Source of the DNA: Asterias rubens
Taxonomy: Eukaryota
Length of the DNA stretch: 64,000 bases
NCBI RefSeq assembly: GCF_902459465.1
Contig: NC_047080.1
Span: 4,154,001 to 4,218,000 of the forward strand
Direction of reading: 5' to 3'
The notes under the pieces are model-generated. The model made no database searches, was not told where the DNA came from, and worked only from the letters and a program-made list of their open reading frames with translations. Shown piece after piece: positions 1 to 14,100 of this stretch; the stretch's first letter is position 1, and each line of letters starts with the position of its first letter. The position numbers and the translations under genes were made by a program.

Positions 1-104
1 CGCTAGCACTGCAACTCTATGAACATCACCGTAGGAGCATTCTCTGAAATTAAAACTACCCAAGGTCTAATTGTATACAGCCAGTGTTTCTCCACATGTA
101 AAGG

Positions 105-405
105 CTATAAGGCCACATCTTGGGAGAATTCTTCCCAGGCTAGAAAGTTGTGTCAACACGTTCTAGAACTGACTGGCTCCGACATCTTTTAATTTATTAT
201 AAACTAGAATCCATTTCTTATTTATTGACGGTCATCACATGGACAATTATCTACAGGCTTTGAGGCCACATCTTTGAGAATTCTACCCACGCGAGAAAGT
301 TGTGTAAACACGGTCCAGAACGGACCCACTTTGACATAATTTGATGTTATTACTAGGATCCATTTATTATTTACCAAGGGTCATTATGAAAAATAATCTA
401 CAGAT
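105..405. repeat. Diverged ~150-bp tandem duplication in the NOS1AP intron
   Basis: GGCCACATCTT..GAGAATTCT..CCCA...AGAAAGTTGTGT..ACACG...CTAG.ATCCATTT...ATCTACAG occurs twice (about 105-257 and 258-405). Confidence 0.75.
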
Positions 406-676
406 ATGTGCCTGGCTAGCATCATATTGCAGTAGAAAGTAAGGACTAGGAGCTAGGGTGGGTTGCTGAAGAATAGTAAATAGGGGCAACAACATTATAA
501 TAATACAGAGTGATGACCCTTATTTTTGCACTTAAAACAAATTAGGGTGCAATTTACTTTTGTCACTGTTGCAGAAAATGGGTGTAAAATGTAGGGCCTA
601 CATGACATGTTATAATAAAATATTTTAAAATTATAACCTTTCGTCTTTACCAAATGTTACAAAGTGCACCAATTAA

Positions 677-1050
677 AGGAACACGTTGCCTTGGATCGGA
701 CGAGTTGGTCTATGAAAAGCGTTTGTTAAACCGTTTGTTATAAAATGCATATTGGTTGGAAAGATGTTTTAAAAGTAGAAAACAATAATCCACACAAATA
801 TGCCTCGAAATTGCGTGGTTTTCCTTTTACTTTGCAAACTAACACGGCCGGCCATTTTTTTTTTTGACTCCCATAAATGGCCGACCGTGTTAGTCGATGA
901 GGTAAAAGGAAAACCACGCAATTTCGAGTGATCCTTGTGTGGATCATTATATTCTACTTTCAAAATATCTTTCTAATCATACATTTTATAACAAACGGTT
1001 ACAAACGCTTTTCAAAGACCAACTCGACCGATCCAAGGAAACGTGTTCCT
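677..1050. mobile_element. Fold-back MITE with TTAA|AGG termini (Kolobok/T2-like)
   Basis: TIR AGGAACACGTTGCCTTGGATCGG; almost the whole element is palindromic. A second copy is at 28674-29052. Confidence 0.85.
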
Positions 1051-3013
1051 TAAAAGAAGCAATATATACTGGAATGGTAGCGCCCTCTCGTGGCGAGTGG
1101 TTCGCTGGGTGAAGATAGTGGTTTTTACAAGTTTTAAATTTCACGACTATACACAACTGGAGCGTCTTGGAGCCAAGACTAAGTGAAGAGTAACACATGG
1201 GGGTCTTTGACTGAGGATTAAACATAGTTGAAGAGGCTGACATGATAATCAGGGGATTAGTGCATCAGAAGATTATCCATAGAGGGGGGATGTCAGATAA
1301 GTGATTGATCTATGGTGTGTACAATAAGATTACATTGCTAGGAATGCTTCACGGCCCCCCTACCACAATGGAGAGGTACTACACTTTCAGAATGTGCTTG
1401 GGTTCTCGATCCTACGTGTCCAAATACATGTACTGTAAGCTAAATGTGGGGTGTCAAGGGCTTGAGGTACCCACTGTTTAACCATGGTTTCAACAGAACA
1501 CTATTTTTAGCAGCCCACAGGGCAAAGTTAAGAAGTGGTGCTTACCAGCTTTTACAAGACAATGTAAACTGGTCTAAGGACTGTGACTAGACTGCAGTGG
1601 TTCGTTTGTAGGGCTAACCCTTGTCCTTTCTCTATTGGCTAACTGGGCAAGAGCTAAGTTACTATAGACTCTGGCCGGGTGAAAGGCCAGATGTTTTAAG
1701 GGCCGGGCAAGTTAACTTATGACCATACAAGTCTGGCAGTTTTGTGTTTTTAATCAATCTTCTCTTTTACATGTCTTTCGGTAATCTTATTGGTCACATA
1801 AAACATGCATGTTAAACTGTGGCTGTGTCAGGACTGAAAGAAGCTTTTTCTTATTTGGATTCATGTTCTTGTACAAGAATTTCCAGTCTAGTAAACAAAC
1901 CTTGCAGTCTTGTTTATTTTCCCCAAAAAATCAAGCTCTCCCTGCCAGTACTTCTGACCATTTTGAGTTGCAGTGAATTATGAAGTAAACATATTTTTGT
2001 CACCAGGAGAAATCTACAAATCAATGAGTCCATGTTGAAAAAAAAAAGAACAAAACCCAAAGCTGTGCAACTCTCTTAAGTAGAAAATCCTATCTTAGTC
2101 ATCCCTGGTCATCTTTCACAAACTCTTCCTTCACAGTATTTCTTCCCAAGACTTGCCTCCTGGGGCTCTGTAAACAAATCCGAGGGAGCAATTTGGCTAG
2201 AAGCTGGGGATAATCTAGCTCAATTGTTGTTATTTTGTTATGCCCGGTGGCAAGAGAATAAAAGTGGGTAAAGGTGGGGGAGGTATTTCCCTGTTCCCTG
2301 TGTCTGTCTCTCTTTTTCTCTCATGTCTTGGGGTGGGGGGGGGGTGTTGTCGAGAGATGATCCTCTTTATCTTCTCAGCTTTTCAATCATTAGCGATGGC
2401 TTTTAATGTCTCAGACAACTCTTAAGAGGGTTATGTTATATTACGCTTGCACAGAGCTTGAGCCAAGACCCAATTTTGTAGACTGTGTCAGCAGAAAACA
2501 ATTAGCAAGAAACCTTTTTTTTTTGTATGTAGATTGGATTTTTGGCTGGTAACCTTATTCTGGTTAGCACAATGGTATTGTGCTTAACTTGTTCTGGTAA
2601 GCACAATTGTTTGTGCTTAACTTGTGTTCTTATGCAGCTCTATGAAACTGGGCCCTGGGGTTTGGACAGCAATCCTTGAATTGTGTCCTTCTTTTTCAAG
2701 TTGGCTATTTTTTTCCTTTGAACATATTTCATGCTAGCATCTACTATCATTCAAAGCCACAGTACTGTACATAGATGATGATGAATGAACAGTCAGACAG
2801 TAAGAGGGTTGACTGTATGCAATCATCACTGGCAAGTGTTTATCTATCATTTAAAGCCACAGCGAATGACGTTGAACGGTCAAAAAGTAGGAGGGTTGAC
2901 TGTATACTCTCTTTACAATATAAGCAATCATCACTTTTAATATCTATATCATTTCAAGCTACAGTGAACGACATTAAAAAAACAGTAGGAGGATTTCAAC
3001 AGATCTGTCTTAC

Positions 3014-3121
3014 CTTGGCTGAAAAATCAATGCCATGTTGGAAGGCCTCTTCACTGTGAAGCGGGATGCGGGTATCGTAGGCATCTTCCACCAAGTTGTA
3101 CTTGTTCTTCTTGGTCGGCAT
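3014..3121 (-). CDS. NOS1AP: NOS1AP/CAPON (PTB-domain nNOS adaptor), first coding exon; the gene continues beyond the left edge of the window
   Basis: Translates to [36 protein letters not shown], which matches the remembered vertebrate CAPON N-terminus ([35 protein letters not shown]). The exon spans 3246-3014, with a pyrimidine tract+CAG acceptor and an AAG|GTAAGA donor. I saw no further CAPON exon in 1-3013. Confidence 0.93.
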
Positions 3122-6100
3122 TGTCCCAACGAGGTCTTCTTCTTCTCTCCCTCTGATACGATACGCAACACCAACAACAACAGGTCTTACACTGATCCGA
3201 TGAAATGTTGAGGGTATCGGTGTGTCCTCACGGGACCCTCGCTATCCTGGCAAAGTAACGAGAGACACAACAAACGTTGATCATCAATCATACATGTACG
3301 ATAGGGATGTTGGCAGATGGTGCGGTGTGTGATAACGTGATTTTACATTAGGTCCAATAAGAGTATCAATGTTAAAGGTATTTTACAGGATTACAAATTT
3401 TAAGGATACAAATGTTGTTTAACTTTTGCTGAAAGCTCACTCATTATTAAGTTTTTTACTGAAAACAAAAGTTCTGGTGAAATTCACTTTTGAGAAAACT
3501 GTATAATTCAGCTATATACCAAACCTGTATAATACCTTTAAAAGTTTTGTTATCATCTTTTTCTATTGAGCCCAGCTGGTGGTTTCTCTAGTTTGCCACT
3601 CTCATTGAAAGCACTTTGGGCAATGGCTCTATCTTTACATTAATGTGTGTGCCTCAGAATGCTAGAACTATCAAGGCATAGTCAAGCGAGTAGGAGTGAA
3701 GAACAAACCCAAAATCCATCTTTTTGGAAAAGTAAAGAACTTAGAAGGACTGGAGACAGTAGGTCCATAATTGCTTATATCAGCTAGGGTCAGTCGTCGA
3801 TTTCACCAAACTCGTCCTTACTTCAAGGATTAATCTTAGGACTTAGGACATGTTAAGTTCCAAATCCATAGATGTTAGGATGCATTGAACCCATCCTAAG
3901 TTAGGACGAGCTAATCGTCCAAACTCAAGATAGTATAGTACTTAAATCCTAATTCCTAATATTCCGGGAAATCAACTGCAGGCATTCTAATATTCCAAAG
4001 TTCCAACTATTTTATGTGGATGGACATAAGGAGAGGAGGCTGAGAGGAGATGAGCAGATTTAGGCCATGTACATTTGCCAAATTGCCTACATGTACATGT
4101 ACATATGTAGTCTGTCAGGGTTAATTTAAGTACAAATTATTTAATGGTTAACCTACAAATCAAGCAAATATTCAAGGATGGCCATAGGCCTACATGTATA
4201 GTGATATTACTGTAAGATAGTTTTGCCGTACTTCTCCGAGGCCTGGAAACTTGATTGTTTTTCTTTTGCTCAGATGAGGGGAGTGCTACCAAAATAATGA
4301 CCTTCAGTGTGCACTCCACCCACTGTTTATGTTCTTGCATGAATGATAGCAGTACTGCAGTCATAATGTGTTTATTTGTACAGCACACTTTGAACTTCCT
4401 TCTTGAAGGGACAAGATGATTAATGGCTGAAGGTCTCCATGAGGAAAGATCATCATTTCTGCTTCATTTTGTTTCTAATATGAATCTACTTGATTAAATG
4501 GTCATCAAGAGACAGAGTATTAGTGTCAAATTGTCAACCACCTTCAAAAGCTCTGGTGGAAAAACAAACGCACAGCTTTGGCTCACATAGAATCGCATCA
4601 AAAATAAAAAACAACATTTTTAGAAAACAATGTGCATTGTACACAAAGTATAGTAACAACTATCATCTCCAGAACACATTTCAAGCTCACTAGAACTCAC
4701 AACACCAACACAGGAAACTAACGCTCTCAGGACAACCTATGTACATGTACACATTTCCCGTACTGCAAATAATTCAGGATACAACTTTCTCTCTGTAGCA
4801 GGTCCATAAATCTTGAACCCCATTCCCACCACAAGTCTGATGCTCCACATCAATGTTTCAACCCTCCTCTACGAACAAGATCATTCACTCATCATTTTTG
4901 TTTTGGTTTTTTTTCTGACCTATCAGAGTGAAATACATCGGTGCACTTTTTAACCTTTAGAATACGAGTAATTATTATTGATAAATCAAAATATCACCCT
5001 CCATCCATAATGCGATAAGTACAAATCATTTTAGCTATTTGCAGTTGATGAATGCAAAGTAGACTCACCATGGAGCTTGGGTGTTTAATACCAGTTAAGA
5101 CATCTGGCCTATGTTTATTGTAGGTCATGGGTTTGAATCCCATCTGTGGTGCAAGCAGGTTCGGTTTTTCTGTAGAACTCGACAGCATTTAGTATAAAAC
5201 ACTTCAATTCAATGTACCATAAGGGGCACAATATAAGGCCAATTAGAGACTGCGTACAACTACATGTAGTAGAACCATGGAAGAACTGTTTCCTTCCATG
5301 CCTGTGTGGTCTACAATTCCCATTGCAAGCTATTCAAAACGTTTTCTTCATCTGTGTCACAACAACTCAATAAAAACCCTCTCAAATGACATCATCACTG
5401 CAGAGTGGAAGCTACAACATAAAATGTTGACGTAAAACAGTTGCACCCATAATGAGCAAATTAAATTTATGTCCATGCACATAGTGCATTCCCATCCCTG
5501 GGGTAATTTGTATTAGATTAATATAGATCAGACTCGTGCACATTGCCTCATATCACCAACCGGTCACCCGACTCCAACTGGCTAGTTTGCAATCACAAAG
5601 TAAGTGTCTGTAGCAAAAATTAAGTTCCCCCACCACAGGCAAATTTGTCGATAACACTAAAAGTGTCATGTATCTGAATTTGTACAAATCAAACTTTTCT
5701 TGATGCATTTGTGAAACTTACATTGAACCTTATTTGCATTGACGTCATTCCGCCACCATCTTTGACATGATTGAAACATAAAAAAATGCACTGCTTCTAA
5801 CAACACAAGGGTGATGGTGTAGTGGGCCAATCTCATTTTGACACATATAGCCCTATACGAGTTTGTCTGCAAATTTCATCAAATTGCATGCCATTCTGAG
5901 GGAATTAATTACTACATTGTAGGCCTACATGATTTCAAGGAGCATGATCATTATTTCAAGAAGCTTTCAGGGCCCTGGAATTCACTGGACCTCAGGCCAG
6001 GGCCAGTAATTTGAGTGGCAGGTCAGTAAACTCATGACCTGACAAGTCCGTTGGTCTTACTTTTACAACTGAATAAAAACTGAATTTGTTATCTGAAATA

Positions 6101-7954
6101 CTTAAATGCCCCTGACAAATGAGATATAGAACTTCAGTACTGGTGCTTGTTCAAAAAGAGCAGGTGTAGAGAGTTTTCACATTTTGATATTGGTCATGCA
6201 AACAAAAACTATGGTCCAATAGATATGTTCAGCCATACAAGCCCTACAATCTGGTGGTGGTGCCCAGTTGGAACTACATGTACTAAAACACACAGTGTGA
6301 TTTTACCTAACCGATGCCAAACCAAATAAATTAATGTGTGTGGGATTTCAATATTATTACAAGAAATTCTTTTTCATTTGAGCACCTAAAATATATAGTT
6401 TTTGGTCGTAAACAAGATGTCTCCTTCCGGTATCACCAAAAATGAATGTAGGAACTATAATACACTTTTTAAAAGCATACTGTATGTACCTGTACAATGC
6501 ATGCATACAAATTACAATTTACATCAATAACAAACATCATTAAGTGCTGACTTTCTTACAGTTTGTTTGTGCCTTTTATTTTGTTATAATAAAAACGCGT
6601 AATAAAACAACAGATTTATGCTTACATTCCTCCATGATCAACTCACAAACTGGAAAATGTCTACACTCATTCGTACATTTGGGTAAATTTGCACAATGTG
6701 GCAGTCTCAACAATTAGTCTCCGACTTCAAAAAGTAAAAAATAAATAATGCAGTCCACCGTGGGAGTGAAATTTAGACTTCTGGACCAGTGACACGGCAA
6801 ACAATTGACTTTCTTTGTCAATGAGTCATACCTCAAAGCTACCACCAGTCAAACTATCAAAGGACACCGGTCGTCACCTCTACCTTTACAATTCTTTTCG
6901 GTAAGTTTTTAAAATAAATATTTTAGGTTGGAAGATTCAATGTCAAATTGGGTGTATTTTCTTGGCTGGCTTAATTGTTTACTTTAGATTTAAATGCCTT
7001 AGATTCTAGAAGTTCTGAAGAATTTCTGCTAATTTAATTTTTTTTTTAAAGACCCGTATAATACTTATATACTTATGGCTATACAGCAGGATTACCAGAA
7101 AACAATACTTTTTTATCTTGAATGGCTTCTCAGACTGGCACCCCGAACAAAGATGACAAAATATGTCTCAGGTTCGCGTCCTGCTTTATTATTTAAAGAA
7201 AAAACATCCTTGTTCGACCCAAACTACTTTTAAAAATTTCCCCAGTTTCCCTTGTGGCTTATTAATGAGTTATTACTTTATGTGAACCACTGTACATCAA
7301 TTTGTTAATCTAAATCAATCAATCATCATCATGACTGAGCTAATTATAAGGTTCAGGAAAAGAATGTTAAAATTATCATTTACACATGATGAACGCACAC
7401 TACAGACGGGCCCTTGTTTAGTCATTTCATCAACCTAAAATTTGAAAGGAAATTCATCATCTCAATAATATGTGCAATTTAAGCCCACAGTGAATAAAAT
7501 GACAGTGCACACTTCATACTTCATAAAGTAACAATAGAGATGAGTGTGTGCATTATTTTTTATAAACAACAGTCAGTAGACATTCTGTAGTCAGCACTGT
7601 TGCTTCCATCGAAGTCAGGACTTCGTTGTTTATTTAACAGTACCAGATATTTACTCTCTATACGCAAGTACAAATAATAGCTCAATCGAGCATGAATTCC
7701 ACGCCTGTCTAATTTGTCAATCACCACAAAACCACAACTGGCAAACGCACGACGCACAAGCGGGACCCCAGATTCTCGCATGAGCGTGTCGCCGTGATTG
7801 TCCTACCGGTAAATCTACCCGAAACCCTTGCCCAGTGACCGTGCATTGTGAAGCACCGATTCATTACTCTCCGCGTAAAAGAAAATACACTCAAACATTA
7901 TTCTCTAGTGTTTCTATTGACATAACCACACAAGTAAAAAGATAACATTCTTAC

Positions 7955-8160
7955 CTATCCATTGCACCTAAAGTCCAGAGACATTAAAGCTGACAACAAT
8001 TATATTTTAAGTCCGGGAAATTGGGATTTTCCGTAAGATCATCCAAGCTGTCACTCGTTCTGCTTGCGGTTTGTAGAAGTATTCATTGCGCATCTCTTGA
8101 TCTATCTCGTGTCAATTCAAATACACGGCGAGCATTTTGGTGCAAAAACAAGTGGCAGCA
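7955..8160 (-). other. NOS1AP: Probable noncoding first exon and promoter region of NOS1AP
   Basis: Minus-strand donor TAG|GTAAGA at 7954 and a CpG-enriched block at about 7730-8260. The upstream boundary is approximate. Confidence 0.5.
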
Positions 8161-10693
8161 GACGATCAGCAGTTTGTGTAGCGCCCTCACTTGATGGAAA
8201 CACTTTCTAATTGATTGGATTTCTATTGTGCGGAACCCAAGGTGGCGGCAGAACTACCCGTTTGGCTCTTTTGGTTTCTTCTTAGAGTTAAATTGAGAAA
8301 ACAAGATAACCGTTTTGGTAATTCGAGTCCATTCAACATATTTGTTTGTTAGAATATAGTTATTTGGGAATTTTTCCTCTGGAAAGAGATGCTCTCACAA
8401 GTGTATCTTGACATTTCCCGTTTTTTAGGGGGATGGGGGCAAGGGTTACTTGGTGCTTATCATAAATAATTAATTGAAAAGACAAAAACCCGAGCAGAGA
8501 GTTTCATGAAATCAAGCATCTGTAATTTGTAGAACAAAACACCCAGATGAATTTGTGTTGTACTATAAGGGGGGAGGGGTAGGGGTAATTAATTTTGGCT
8601 GCTGGTGCAACATACTCCAAAGGATTTGAGATTTTTTCATAAATTCTTAGTGCGTGATCAACAGGGTTATAATTATTTGAAGGGGTTTGATTTTACTTTA
8701 CATAGGGGTGTAGTAAAAGCTATCAAGTATTTATGGATGATTTCCGTTCACAAGGTTGTGACCCAAAACTCATGTGTTGTACTTCCCACACTGAGAAAAG
8801 CTTTACATTTTAAGTTGTAAGACAAAGGTTTTGTTTAATTTTTATAATCAGGTTGGGGGGGGGGGGGCTCATGAATCAAACAAAAAAATAAAATAATCAT
8901 GAACTGATATGGAAAAAAACACATTCATTTAATCATTTTGCCCAAACACTATCCTTCAATTGCCTTTATGAATAATTCACAAAACATTTCTTTATAAAAA
9001 ATACAACATCAAAATTATACAGTTCTTAACAAAATTTAAGAGAAGTCAGTTAAGTTTTGAGAAAGGCACCGCCTCTTCAATTTCAACGTAGGGTCATAAT
9101 TTTTTTTCCCCAAATGTAATGCTGATTCATAGACAAAATTATAAAGACAGATACAATGAAAGCCACATGTGAAAGTTTCACCTGAATACAGTGTCTACTT
9201 GCTGAGAAAACAGCAAGAGCTTCACATGAACGTTGAATCTATCCAGGTTTAGCAAGGAGAGAGAGTGGGTAGCAACCGTATCTCTGGCTGCAATATCCGT
9301 GAGCAGACATGACACAACTAACCCTCAGAAATCTGAGAATTGGTTCATGCATGAATTATTTCTAAGATTCAAATGTTTTGGGGTGAAAACTTATCAAAAC
9401 CATATTTCGGAGGGAATCTTTTCTCATAATAGTTTATACTATCAACAGCTACAGTGCTTCTCAGAAAGTAAGCTGTTACGGTCATTAAATGTTGGAATAG
9501 GTAAATGTACCGTACCAATCTATGACCCTTCCTTTCACAAGTCAAGAAAGGCAGAAGTTTCTGTACATAATAACAACAGAGCCCTCATTTTATAACTCGC
9601 CAGTCCACTACAATAAAGTTTGGTACTTCTTTCTGAGGATATCATATATTTACACATTTATTTCTCAACTATTATAAACAACTTTTCTCTTTGGGTTTAT
9701 AGAAGAAGAAAAAAGGAAGTAGCAACAACAATTAAAAGTACAGATCTCGAATTAAAACAAACATTTCTACAGTACATGCCAAGTGTCAAGTTCAAATCAT
9801 ATAAAGCATAATTTCCTTAACCCGGAAATGTTTAAGTAAAATGCGTTTGTTGAGTACCTAACCCACAAATATTTAACAAGTGAATATAAATTCCATATCT
9901 AAAAAGCACCAGTCTTTTACTGAAGAGGCTTATGACTTGAGCAATAAAGCTGTATCCAAAATGGCGGCTACGGCCAATGCTTAGATTGTTTCTATGGGAC
10001 CAATGCATGTCAACATAGGGATTAGATGCAGCTGCAGATGCAAAAAAAACGAAGTCACAGATAATGATTTATCAACTTATTAACCACAAGGGAGACTGAC
10101 TTGGTAATTTTTAAAATGATTAAGGGGTTGAACAAAGAAAAATTTACTAGAAAAGGACCGGAGATCGTTGGTTCAAATCCTGCTCTTATAAGATACTGAC
10201 TTATTCAGAAATCCATAGTATTGGTTCTTAACCACACAATGATTTATTTCAATTTGGATCATAACACCAGGGCTGGACTTCAGAAAGCTTTTGAGCAGAA
10301 GTAATTGCTAAGCAGGGTACCAGTCACATCAAAGTAAATGACATGGCTTTTTGGCTGATAACCTCATTCTGCTGAGTAATATTTTTACTTTGCTAACAAT
10401 TGTTTTGCTTACAAGCTTTATGAAACTGACCAAGGAATGATTTTTTTCTGCCCATAGACCGCTCACAGTCTGCATACATTATAATAAAGTTCCCTGTATG
10501 CACTTATGATAATGAATACTGATGCTCATCACACAAAAAGGCGCCAGTATTTTTTCACCATCTCGGTTAAGGTAAAATGGTTTGAATGTTTAGATGAAGA
10601 AAAAAAATCTACAAAAAAAGTGTCAACCTACAATCTAAATTTACACTATTTAAAAAAAAATCTAAATCCGATGGCATGAAGAGACGGTCTTAA

Positions 10694-11060
10694 AGATGCT
10701 ATGTCAGATTTTTGGCCGATTTGACCCCAAAATTTTGATTTAAAATTCAATAGGTATTTTGATGGGGGTCGAAAAGTTACAAGCTTTCATTTGAGCCATT
10801 GCTCGAAAAAGTCCGCCAATTATTAGTAGCAGTGAAATAAAGTGCTCAAAATTAGTTTTTGTTGGGATCCCGACAATATATCACGTGACCAATTATTATG
10901 TGTTTCATAAGAAACTTTTTAAATTTTTGTCATGGTTCCTGACCATCAAAAGTAAAAGTTTAGCTTTTTTTCGTTAGAGCGGGTGATACTCTTTGAAATA
11001 CCATTCACGCAAAACAATTTTTTGTTTAATGCTTGGGGCAAAAAAACTGACATAGCATCT
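10694..11060. mobile_element. TTAA-flanked MITE in the PRPF38B 3' region
   Basis: TIR AGATGCTATGTCAG ... CTGACATAGCATCT, with TTAA at 10690-10693 and 11061-11064. Confidence 0.85.
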
Positions 11061-11106
11061 TTAACAAACAATGTACAAAATAAGGAAAGTACTATGACCT
11101 ATGACA

Positions 11107-14100
11107 TCACCTCCGACCCTGACTTCGACTCCGACTTCGCTCTCGATCCCTGGAATGTGATTTCTTTCGCTCTGTTGATCGGCTACGTCTCCTATCTCGG
11201 TGGCTCTTTCTATCTCGCTCTCGACTATGCCGTCTCTCTCGGCTTCGACTCCTTGGCTCTCGTCGCTCCTTCTGCTGTCTTTCTCGCTCCCGCTGCAAGG
11301 CACGTGAAAAGTCGTCCCCTTCTCTTTCCCGGCGTCTATCGCGGCTCCGGCTGCGTCGTTGATCGCGACTTCTGTCCTGACTTCTCCTTTTACGCCTTTC
11401 CGGGCTGCGACTGCGAGGGCGCTTCTCGCGACTCCTACTGCGTCTCCGGCGGTCGTTGTTTTTACTGTGGCTGTGCTGGCGCTCTTTGCTCCGACTCCTG
11501 CGATGGTCTCGACTGCGATTGCTGGTGTGGCTTCCACTTCGGGAGTTGTCTCTGGATCCGCCCCTAAAAGGAAAAATTTTCAGTGTTTTAGGAAGTTACT
11601 AAGCAATGTCTAATCTTGTTTACACCATTCCAGGCCTAAGTTATGCTTTTAAGACAGCTTTCTATAACTGGGTCCTGGACTTGATGCTTAAATGGTCACC
11701 ACCAAAAATCAACTAAACACAACTAAGCTGAGCTCTTTGAAATTAATTGGTCAGCTTATAGCTTCAGTGCAAATGAAAGATGCAACAGTGTTAGGATGTG
11801 TCTGAATAACGCAACTTCGGCTGCGGCTGTGGCCATCAGCTGTAGCCATCGGCTGTGGCTATCAGCTGTAGGCTTTGGTTGCTGCTATGGCCATCAGCTG
11901 CAACAACTAGAAAAGGACATTTTGGCTTTCAAGCCGTAGCCACTACTGAAGCCATCAATTTGAACATGTCTTAGACTCACCTGCTCTTTCGAGCCATTGG
12001 TTCTTCAGGCTCTTCTTCTTCTTCTTCTACGCCTCCTGCCTCAATTTGTTTCTCACGTTGCCTCTCCAGGAACCCCTCCTTCCACTCTGACAACTTCAAC
12101 TCAAGGTCCTAGTGTGCAAGCAAATCAAAGTATAGGTAAGCAAAACATCTCTGGATGACATTGAAGTCGGACAGTGGGTAGCCTGACTGTGTACTGTGAA
12201 TAAGCATTGACCATACGATATCATTATGCAGGCTGGAATAGTTTATCTACCATTCAACATTACAGTGGGTGATATTGAATGGTCACACAGTAGGAGGGTT
12301 GACTGTGTACATGTTTGTATCTATGCATTCATGACATAAAATCATGTTGCTGGCCGGCAAAGTGTATATCTATCCTTAAAAAAAAGCACAGTGGATGATA
12401 TTGAATGGTCACACAGTAGGAGGGTGAAGGCTATGTTCACTCACTGATTTCACTTACCTTCATTATTGGGACAGGGATTCTAGGAAAGAGGGTAGAGAAC
12501 CACTCTAACTTGGTAAGGAAGCTGCGTGCCATCTCTCCGATGGTCATGGTGCAACCAGACCCAGCCTTAGCGTCAATCTCCTGTAGATGAGTAGTATACA
12601 GGGACAGGGAGAGGACAAACAAAACAAAAGACAGAGACGATGAACGGGGTACGGAAGAAGTTTGAATGAGATTGAAGAGTAATAGGAGAACACATGCATT
12701 GGATGAGAGAATGACAGAAGGAAGTGAAAACACAGAAGAAGGACAGCAGAGTAAAAAACAGTTTAAGAGGGACAATAAGAGGGACAATGGTGACACCAAC
12801 AGACAGACCAAAAGGCAAAACAGGAAGAAAGGGCAAAACATAGGAAAAGACACACAAAATAAAGCCAAACACACGACAGGACAAAAAAGGATGACAGATA
12901 AAATTTTTTTTTAAAAGCATACAGAAAGACAGAAAAAGTATGGGAAACAGCAGAAAGACAGATACAAAATAGGAAAAGACAGACAGACAAAAAGACAGGC
13001 AAGTATATTACAGAACAAACGGATATGACAAAACAAATGGATACATGTACATAGACAAGCAAAATAAAGGAAATGACAAAAAGAAAGACAGGCAATTGGA
13101 AAGACAAAACAAAGAATGACAGGAAATGGATTTGCAAAGAGGGACAATAAAAAAAGTGTGAATAAATGATACCACAAAAAGATTTTGGGGAAGAAGAAGA
13201 CGAGAAAAACAGTGGTGATTCAATTCAAACAAGACAAGGAGTGGAGGACAAAATAGAAAACGGACAAAAAGGTAGCAGTTAATATGGTACATCAACAAAG
13301 CTAAACAATATTTTTTAGAAGTGAAGGTCTAATCGTGGGTGTTGGTCATTGAGCAATGAGTATTATACTAGTTGGAAGTCAAATAAACAATGATGAATTG
13401 AGAGCTTAACATAGCTTCTTGTTAATTGAATTGTGTGATACAAAAACAATCGATTTTGGATTTGTTCATCACGATAATTTTAAGCTTATTTTTAAGTTCT
13501 GAATAACCTGCAACTTGGTCTTTCACAAAGTTTCTTCAAAGAAGTGTAATCACACCGTCCCTACTACTACTAAGTAACCTCTCATATATTGCACTTAAAC
13601 CACATTCGGGTAAAACAAAAATTCCTCAGACTCGTAAAAAACATTTTTTTTTCAGTTAAAAATGTATGTTTAAAATTTGTGAGCGTATTAACTTTTTTTA
13701 AACTCTTTGATAGTATCGTATACTATGATAGATAGTATATGATTAATTAACGGTTCCGACTATTGATAGGCTCCCATATTTATTTATAAACCACAAAATG
13801 TTAACCATTACTGTTTAGAAACAGCTTGTTATGAAATTTTAACCCCCCCCTCCAAGTATCAGTTGACAAAACTATGTGTGTCTCTATCGTTAAAACTTGT
13901 GAACAAACACTTTCTTATAAGCAAAATAACCAGAGCACAGACTGAATGCCCAAACTACAAAACCGACTAGACACAATAATTCCAGTAGTTTTTTAAAAAG
14001 CCTAGGTAGTTATAAATTAACCTCAATGCGAAAGGTGATCGTATCTCACGCTGAACGCATTCAAGGGGTCCACTGAGCCTGCTGACCACTCTAAAAACTG

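Noticed and set aside
10983-11567. 194-aa plus-strand ORF and the 158-aa alternative-frame minus-strand ORF (11061-11537)
   Set aside because: These are shadows of the repetitive RS-rich last exon of PRPF38B. The plus ORF begins inside a MITE, and neither has splice or homology support.
12437-13298. Cluster of F/L/C/S-rich and K/R/Q-rich ORFs
   Set aside because: They arise from the low-complexity purine tract. Only 12458-12580 is a real exon.
13430-13535. Intronic C/D snoRNA candidates (GTGATGA at about 13530 minus, 39815 plus and 53840 minus)
   Set aside because: There is no CTGA D box at a suitable distance and no terminal stem.
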